Translations under genes and position numbers: made by a program
Shown: positions 59,900 to 64,000 of the stretch, in pieces
How the letters are laid out: each line of letters begins with the position of its first letter
Position numbering within the stretch: position 1 is the stretch's first letter
Notes under the pieces: generated by a model
Seen by the model: only the letters and a program-made list of their open reading frames with translations
Told to the model about the DNA's origin: nothing
The model's database searches: none
Source: Hormiphora californensis
Taxonomy: Eukaryota; Animalia; Ctenophora
Length of the DNA stretch: 64,000 bases
Assembly: GCA_020137815.1 (NCBI GenBank)
Contig: CM035354.1
Span: forward strand, 6,634,001 to 6,698,000
Direction: 5' to 3'

Positions 59900-62800
59900 C
59901 ATTTGCTCTCTCACAATGCAGCTGACCGCAAAGCCCCCCATCCGGCTCCAGTACATGTCAAAAAACTATTTTCCAGAAGGCCGGTTTTGGGGTCCTTAAT
60001 GCTTTTTTCCCCCGGGAAAAAAAGCAAACGAATTTCCCAGAATTGCGTAGATGAAATTAACGCTTTTTTTTTCTAAAGAAAAAATGGGGTAAAAAAAAAC
60101 GAGGGGCCTCTGTGCTCTTTTCAAAGAAGGGTTTCAAAAAATAGTACAACCAGTGTAGGTAGAGGAGGGGGGGTTTTTGTTTAGTTACCAGAAGGGGACG
60201 AAAACAAAAATATTGTACAAATTTAAAACAGTTCGAATGCCCTTTGGGGTTTTCCCCAAGAAAACCCACTAATACCGGAGTGGGAGGTACCGGCCGGCAC
60301 CTCACCCTTTACTGCGTTTCTAGATGAACTTAAGGGTCTTTTCTGAAATTAGAGAGGAGGAAAGAGCGCTGTTTTTTTTTATGGGAGACTTTTAATTCAG
60401 TCGAGGACAAACCCAGATCCCCCCAAAAACGAAATTCAATGAACTTCGAACCATTTGGTTGGAGAAATAAAATAACTGGACCGAAACCCACATCAAAAAG
60501 GGGGACACTAGATCTTACCCTTTCCCCGGAATTGCCCCCTCTCTGCACCATTGGGGGCCCCCTTCGCAGACAAATTGATGAAATAAATGAAGAACCATTT
60601 CCCCATTTTTTTCATAGAAGCCAGATGAATGAAAAAGGGAAACTGAAAAAAGAGTCATACCCTTGCCTCCCGCCCCAGACCACATTTTGTAAAGGCACAG
60701 CGGAAACCACTAAAGATGAAAAGACGAAGTATTGAAAAAAAAAGCAGAAAATTTCAAAGAAAATGACCCAGCAATTTCTGAAAAACATTTTGAAACTCCA
60801 AACTTTCTGAACGCTTCCACCGACCAAAAGAATTGTTCAGCTTTAAAAACACAACCTCCACCTCACGACAAAGTTGCCCTGAAAAAGAAAGAGGATAAAG
60901 CACCCCGACCAACCCCAAAGGATAAGAAAAGCCTACCTGCCAAAATGCTCGTCGAATCGTTTGAGGAGCCGAACAACGCTGGAGCGTGCTCGTCTAAAAA
61001 GACAAATCCAAGAATTTTTCTCAAAAACCCTGTTGGAAAAGACCCGCAAGTTCGACCAAAGTTCTTTGGGAAAGCCAAAGCTAGTTTTGTCATAAAAAAC
61101 TGAAAGAGTAAAGGAAACCCAAAACTCACACAGAGTGGTCAACAGTTTTTTTGGAAAGGAAAAAAAAAACCTTCAACACTGCATCAAAAAGGAACAACTC
61201 CAATAGCAACCAGATTTTAAAGAGTTCTTCAAACTAAAGTAACAAAAAATACTTGGATTGAGGCTGAGGATTTTTTTCAAAACCCCCCCCAATCAACCAA
61301 CCAATAAAACCCGACATCTCGCTTACTAAGTTTGACCTGTGACCCATGAGAAAATGGCCAGAATATTCTTGAGATGAAAAAAAAAAAAAGCATTGTTTCG
61401 GATCCCAAAGCCTTCCAGCATGGTCAGTGACGCACTTTCCCGAGCTTTTCCTGGTTTTCACGGATTTTTAACACAGTTTTTAAAAAAGGGGTTTTTTTTC
61501 CAAAAGCTTAAAGAAACCATCATCCGTCCCGTTTAAAAAGGGAGGTCTGGATTCGAGGAAAAAATAAACGAAGGCCCAAAGCAAACCCTTTGCTTTGTTT
61601 AAAAATTGTTGAAAAAAGCGTTCATTTCAACTGTTGAATTCTCGAAGCAAAAAAACTCTTGCCCACTAAGCAATCGGCTACCGGAAAGAATCATTCCTGG
61701 AGACAGCCAATCAAGATCTTAATGACATTTTGCGTTGATGGGCAAACAAAAAAAGATTTACTGTGCTTTATTTAAACGCAGCTTTCGATACGTTAAAAAA
61801 TACCACTTGTTGACAAGTGTATAATTTATGGCTCAAACAGACGGCCTTTAAAATGGTTCAAAACCTACTTTATTGGGTAGAACGTTTTTTCAGTTTTAAG
61901 GGGATGAAATTTTCTCCTTTCAAACGAAAAAGAGTAGGGTCCCTCAAGGATCAATCTTGGGTCCCATCCCCTTTTTTATGTTTCACGGGGGGGGATTCAA
62001 GACATGCAGGGGACTATGGGTACACGTGCACTTATGAGAAAGATACCCGTTGTTATAGCTTTTATCCGCCAATGAGGACATCATTTTTTAGAAAATCCAA
62101 AAACTCCTTTAAAAACCCCAATGGTGGATGAAGAAATTTAAATAAAAACAGGTAAAAACCGAAATGTCATGACAAACCCAATAAAGCAGACCAGTACTAA
62201 CCGCATCATCTTCCTGAAAAGATGACAAAACCCGACTGAACCATCCCAGAAGCCCGAAATTTAGGTGTTGGGGTTTTACCAAAACCTTCTCAATGTCATC
62301 CCATGTGTCCCATTTTCCAGTCGTGTTGGAGCCACGGCAAAAACTATGGGGGGATCAGGAAAGGACCACTGTACGCTAAAAACTCAACTTGTAAACAATT
62401 GTTACTCAAGGCTAGATTTTGGTAACGGACTACCGTTGGACTTTTAAAAAGGGATTTGCAACGACTACAAAAAATGCAAAAAATGCCATAGATTTTTTTA
62501 TGGGTCGAAAGGAAAGCGAGGAGTTACTGAAATGAAAGGGGAAAAAATTCATTTTCCTCCGTCGAGAAAAAAATCGTTTTTTAAATTTCCTCCGGGCTAT
62601 AAATGTAACATGGACTTGTGCGGTATCTGTCAAATGATTTACGCGACAGCCGAAAGCCCCGAAAGTCGTCTTATGATGACCCCAAAAACCCCAGTGGGAA
62701 AAAAGCCATGAACAAATACTTGCCACTCAGAAAAACGTTCGTATGGCCTAAGATTTGGGAACAACTACCCAAAAGCCCAAGAGGTATCATCTTTGAAAAA

Positions 62801-63000
62801 TTTTAAGCAAATTTGAAAAAAAACTTTTTAAAAATGTTACCCGAAGTAACGTGGTACGAAAACAGTGATCCCAAAGTAAACAAGGGCCCAAAATTTTAAA
62901 CCCCCTCCTGCCGTTTAAAACATCCTTTTTCTATGGGTCCTGAGTTGACAAAAATTTTAGCTAAAGAAAAGACAAGACAAATCCCCTAAAAACAAACCCC
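59900..63000 (+). mobile_element. Second LINE (CR1/L2-like), heavily garbled
   Basis: Residual RT motifs: gcagctttcgatacgtt (AAFDTV) at about 61778, cctcaaggatcaatcttgggtccc (PQGSILGP) at about 61942, and tcaaggctagat (SRLD, as in SRLDYCN) at about 62406. Boundaries are approximate. Confidence 0.65.
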
Positions 63001-64000
63001 CACACACACAAATTTAAACAAGCACACACTTTTTTTGTACAATTTTTATAATTTTTTTTATGTTAAAAAATTCTTAATCCCTAATTTATTATTTAATCAC
63101 CCAATTAACTTTTTTTTTTAATCAAAAATAACTATATTCAAACGACTTAGCTACCAGCTGTTTTCATCATTTTTTTTTTTTTTTTTTTGTACAATTTTGT
63201 CCAAAACCCTTTTCACTGTTTAATATATGAGAACTTTTCAATTTTTTCACTTCCCCCCACACATTTCAAAAATGACTCCCCCCTAATTCCTACAATTTAA
63301 AAATATTTTAAATCCCAAACATTATCTGTTTTTTTTTTTTCCCAAACGATTTTTATATTTTTTCCCCGGACAAATCTCTTTTTTTATTTTTATTTCTTTA
63401 TCAAAAATTTGCTTGAAAGGGATTTTTGGGAGAAGGGGATAGGACGCGGTGTTAGTTTTAACGATAATCTCGGTGTTCTTTAAGTATATCTTTAAGTTCT
63501 AGTTTTAAACGAGTAGTGAACTAGCATATTTAACGCATGATAGCGGGATATAAATATTCGATATTATTATTATTATTATTATTATACAGCTACGCCTCGG
63601 GAATCGTCGCTGTGATTTAAACCAGTTTAACAAGCTGGATGATTAAACTCCACTCTCCAGTTAAACTATTTTTGCCCCGCACTACCAAAATTCAACCTAA
63701 AATCGAGTCACCGTTAACACAAACGAACCGGATCCAAGCCGGTGGGCAATTATTTGTTAACAAACTAAAACTTATGACCAGCATAGCACTTCGTGTTAAT
63801 AGCTCGAGCTAATCACGTATGGCTGAGCCGTTCAAGGCTCCCCTGGTACGGCGGCCATCGGTGATAGACCAGCATCTTGCTCAGCTCCTTCAGGCTGTTT
63901 CTATCGAAGTACAGGTAACAATACACTCTGTAATGTTCTATACCAATTAGTGTTTAGAAAAGTGACACTTTAATTGTTTAATTATTATTTAATTAATATA

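Noticed and set aside
56930-63400. Many short K/F/P/G-rich ORFs
   Set aside because: They are fragments of garbled LINE sequence, and the homopolymer inflation indicates sequencing error.

Overview
Eukaryotic, intron-rich animal DNA with many (GA)n/(CT)n microsatellites. It is probably a ctenophore, inferred only from my recollection of the 101-bp hAT MITE at 24742 as a common Pleurobrachia-type repeat (not verified). It looks like a partly unpolished long-read assembly: about 17030-19280, 37980-40560, 48830-50870 and 56930-63400 are homopolymer-inflated and unreliable. Manual splicing gives five multi-exon genes: a two-LIM-domain protein (+), a GATA factor (+), a CHST8-14/HNK-1ST-type Golgi sulfotransferase (-), an ACP2-like histidine acid phosphatase homolog (+) and a PKNOX/Prep TALE homeobox gene (-). 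Between and within them lie several fold-back/MITE elements with TSDs, a tRNA-derived SINE, and four non-LTR retrotransposon pieces. The best leads are: (1) a GATA factor whose N-terminal zinc finger keeps its exon and four Cys but has lost its DNA-binding residues; (2) a membrane acid phosphatase with both catalytic motifs replaced, which hosts a 930-bp palindrome and an orphan antisense ORF in one intron; (3) a dense cluster of TGACAG sites, including a perfect TGACAGCTGTCA, at the 3' end of the PKNOX gene itself. No prokaryote-type system such as CRISPR is present.
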